Positions 8,465 through 11,603 of a stretch of DNA of 11,603 bases are shown here, one piece after another. The position numbers were made by a program, and so were the translations under genes. Position 1 is the first letter of the stretch; each line of letters starts with the position of its first letter. Under the pieces are notes generated by a model, which was not told the origin of the DNA, did not search any database, and saw only the letters and a list, made by a program, of their open reading frames with translations. The DNA is from Paraspadella gotoi (lineage: Eukaryota > Animalia > Chaetognatha). The stretch lies in the NCBI GenBank assembly GCA_051294375.1, contig JBJCIZ010001624.1, positions 1-11,603 on the forward strand, read 5' to 3'.

Positions 8465-8832
8465 GCGGGGGGGATTTTTTTTATTGTTGTTTCGTTGGAA
8501 GGTTTCCAAGCGCCTCAACGTTTCGACGCTTCGAACTCTAACTTCCGTGAAGTCGACGACCGAAAAGAAAAAAAATTGGCCGAGAATCACGAATTCAGCG
8601 TGTGAAAATCAAAAAGAACAAAAAACCAACAAAAATGAAGGGTTTCGTGAAAGAAAAAAGAGTTCACAGCCGCGCAATTCACGGCGAAGTTTTCAGCGGC
8701 GAAATTCACTCACAATTTTCGGTGAAGAAGAAAAATGAAAGTCCGAGTTTTCGTCGGTTAATGCGATTTTGCTTTTTTTCGCGTCTTAAATTCCGGTGCG
8801 TTACGAAATTTGTTGATTCGTTCATCGATGCA

Positions 8833-8861
8833 GAAGAGAGAGAGAGAGAGAGAGAGAGAAA

Positions 8862-8892
<31 letters not shown>

Positions 8893-8957
8893 AAGAGAGG
8901 AGAGAGAGAGAGAGAGGAAGAGAGAGAGAGAGAAGAAGAGAGAGAGAGAGAAGGGAG
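8833..8957. repeat. Imperfect (GA)n microsatellite
   Basis: About 125 nt pure-purine GA tract. Confidence 0.96.
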
Positions 8958-9650
8958 AATTAAATGATTGTCGCGGCTTTTGAATAAGAAAGACTCGAGA
9001 GAAATCGTGGGACCCGCGCGACGCGCGAGTTTTTTTTAAAGGACCCGGCCACACTGGAGTCGTCGCTGGCAAGAGAGAGAAAAATATGAGAACGCGAATA
9101 TACATTGGTCCGGTTTTTATCCCAAATATAAAACAATATCGCCGCCGATCGAAAATAAACGGATAAATATTTATTCAAGTTTAAATAAATTGTAACCGTG
9201 AGTTTAGATTTTTTAGAGGAATCAAGGAATGAATAAAAAAATTTTTTATTAAAAATATTCTTTTATTTTTTCCCTTAGATTGCGTAATAAGAATAGATAA
9301 TCCAAAATTTCTTATCTCTGGTTCCCTTTGAACGCGCGGGGCTAAAAAATAGTTGTAGGTTAAGGAAGTAAAAATTGCCTGCTCCAAATTTTATTCCTCA
9401 TCGAAAAACATTGTCAAAAAATACCACATTATTACTAAGGAAACTGCCGATAAAAAAATAAGGGAAGTTAATTTTTAATTTGTGCTTTTTTTATTTTCGA
9501 AGGTTGCGAAGTAGGTTAATTCTCGAGCGAAAACTTCAGGAATAGAAAAATAAGAGCAAAGGAAAAAAAATAGGAAAGTGAAAAAAAGGAAAATAAAAAT
9601 GTCTGAAAGGGATTCGAAAAACATAGAATTTTGATAGTGCAAACTGATTG

Positions 9651-10079
9651 TGAGAGAAGAGAGAAAGAGAGAGAGAGGAGAGTAGAGAGAGAAGAAGAGG
9701 AGAGAGAGAAGAGAGAGAGAGGAGAGAGACGAGAGAAGAGAGGAGAGAGAGAAAAGGGAAGAGAAGAGAGAGAGTTATATACGGCAGAACTGAATTCAAA
9801 AGGATTAAATAGACAGACGGTTTCAGGCACAGATCGCGAAATGTCGAACGTTTAAGAAAAAAAAAGGGATATGTGAGAGAAGAGAGAGAGAGAGAGAGGG
9901 AGGAAGAGGGAGAGAGAGAGGAGAGAGAGAGAGAGAGAGGAGAGGAGAGAGGAGGTATCGCACATAAAAACGGTTAGAGACGATTACTTCTATTAAAAAT
10001 AATTTCGGAAATAGGTGATACGAAAAATGTGTCGAACGGCAACACAGAAAAACGAGAGAAAGAGACGGAAAGAAGTAAG

Positions 10080-10116
<37 letters not shown>

Positions 10117-10347
10117 AGAGAGAGAGAGGAGGAGAGAGAGAAGAACGGCACAAAGCTTTCGGTGGCTGAATAACGAAAAAGAGAAGAAATTCTAGAAGCA
10201 AATTTTATTGTGTAAAAACCATCCAGAAGGCGAAAATATGAGGGAGAAAACGGAGAAAAAAGAAAGAGAGAGAAGAGAGGAGAGAGAGATCCGAGGAGGA
10301 AAGAAGAGATAGAGAGCGAGAGCGAGAGAGAGAGAGAGAGAAAGAGA
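9651..10347. repeat. Cluster of four imperfect (GA)n tracts
   Basis: Tracts at about 9651-9774, 9875-9955, 10080-10143 and 10261-10347, separated by roughly 100-125 nt spacers. Confidence 0.92.
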
Positions 10348-10376
10348 AGCAGAAATACGGTTAGCACTGAATGGAC

Positions 10377-10427
10377 GAGGAAGGAAGAGGAGGAGGAAGG
10401 AGGAGGTGTGAGGAGGAGGAGGAGGAG
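10377..10427. repeat. Imperfect (GGA)n microsatellite
   Basis: GAGGAGGAGG runs visible directly. Confidence 0.85.
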
Positions 10428-11131
10428 TAAGAGAAGAGAGGATAAGTGGCCTCGGCTAACGAGAAAGAGCAAGACGAAGAAGGGCGAACGGGGTGAATAA
10501 ATTCTCTTGCATCCTTTTTTTTACTTTTTTTTTTGCAAAAAGAGAAAGAAAAAAATGTATAGGTTAGAAGAAAATATGATGAAAATAATATCGTTGACTT
10601 GAAAGTAAAAAAATGCAAAAGAAGTTAGGAATTCTGAAAGAATTAGATATTTAATTGTAAATATGAAAGAAGAAGGCATAATGAAGAGAGGACCAAGTGA
10701 GAAAAAATGAATCCTAAATCTTTTTTATAATATTTGAATAAAGCAAAACTAAAAAAAAAAATATCAAAATAAAAGTGGAATACCTTTTTATTAGGATACG
10801 CGTGGTCACAGATACTTTTGAATAGAAAAAGGGAGATAAGAGGAAAGAAAAAAACCTAGAGGGCGGTATGGGCAAATTAAAAAAAAGGAAAGAGAAAACG
10901 GGAAAAGAAAAGGAAAAAGTAAGGAAACGATTATTTTAAATAATGTTTTCGTAGTGGATATTGTTATTTTAATTTTTATCTAGGCGAAAAAATCCTAAAC
11001 CTTGGAATGTCCAAAGGGGCAAGATACCTTTATTAAATTTTATGAGAGCAGGTTGTACCAATTTCATCCGCGTTTATTTTTTAACCAATTTAAGTATGAG
11101 AAATCTGTGGGACGCCAAAAAAGTTGAAGAA

Positions 11132-11183
11132 AAATCTCATAAATCTGCATAAATCTCATAAATCTCATAAATCTCATAAATCT
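11132..11183 (+). repeat. Tandem array of 9-bp unit AAATCTCAT, 5 copies plus a partial
   Basis: Units at 11132, 11141 (AAATCTGCAT, 1-nt insertion), 11151, 11160 and 11169, with partial AAATCT at 11178. Confidence 0.95.
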
Positions 11184-11451
11184 AGCAAGTTGAGTCAATG
11201 TAGTTAATCGTATCTGTTTAAACACCAACGTTGTATACAATTAACGGAGGTGTAAGAAGAAGACCTGACAATAGGCTCGGAACAGGTTGAAAAACTAGAT
11301 GTTCTCTACAAATAAATAATGGTTAAGTGACTGTTAGAGAATAGAAAATAAAAATAATTTTTAATAAGCGCACGGAAGCATTTAAAAGATTATTTTATTA
11401 CTATATAAAATTGTTTATTTTTTTTTATAATTTTTTCAATTTTTTTAAATA

Positions 11452-11490
11452 GGATTCTGGTAGAGCTTTAAAAGCTCTAATAAGGAATCC
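11452..11490. other. Palindrome / hairpin in AT-rich DNA
   Basis: Perfect arms TAGAGCTTT (11461-11469) and AAAGCTCTA (11471-11479), enclosed by GGATTC (11452-11457) and GAATCC (11485-11490). Confidence 0.8.
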
Positions 11491-11603
11491 GTTCTTAAAA
11501 AAAAAAGTTTAAAAAAAAATTGTCATTTTGTTTTAATATGTTAATAAATAATTTTAAAAAGCTTAGTGCAACACACCAATGAACTATTTAACGTTGGCAT
11601 TTG

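Noticed and set aside
7721-8590. 289-aa minus-strand ORF, the longest in the window
   Set aside because: Non-ATG start and crosses poly-A/T and GA tracts with no recognisable motif. A small real exon near 7860-8040 cannot be excluded without a search.
8738-8748. GAAAGTCCG resembling the RNase P RNA P4 5' strand
   Set aside because: No complementary P4 3' motif downstream, and a GA microsatellite follows.
9015-9027. CGCGCG-A-CGCGCG dyad
   Set aside because: Short self-complementary CG run, unremarkable in a CpG-rich background.
8602-10618. ER- and LS-repeat ORFs
   Set aside because: These are microsatellite translations.

Overview
AT-rich, microsatellite-dense DNA with a eukaryotic appearance. 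I recognise no intact protein-coding gene, rRNA, CRISPR array or complete mobile element. Most supplied ORFs are artefacts of (GA/CT)n, (GAAA)n, (ACG)n and A/T tracts that lack stop codons. Firmly supported: a 15-copy 11-bp array (272-435), a degenerate ~20-bp array (7593-7680), a 9-bp array (11132-11183), many microsatellites, a G-run cluster (6792-6863) and several hairpins or palindromes. Tentative: a frameshifted Asp-rich coding remnant (3-709), a degenerate minus-strand tRNA-like unit (1369-1480) that could read as an intron-containing CUA-anticodon tRNA, a possible ankyrin-like fragment, and a TTGT..ACAA motif shared by two distant unique-sequence islands. Frequent 1-nt indels suggest error-rich long-read sequence or strong decay. 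I cannot demonstrate a new biological system here; the findings are leads only.
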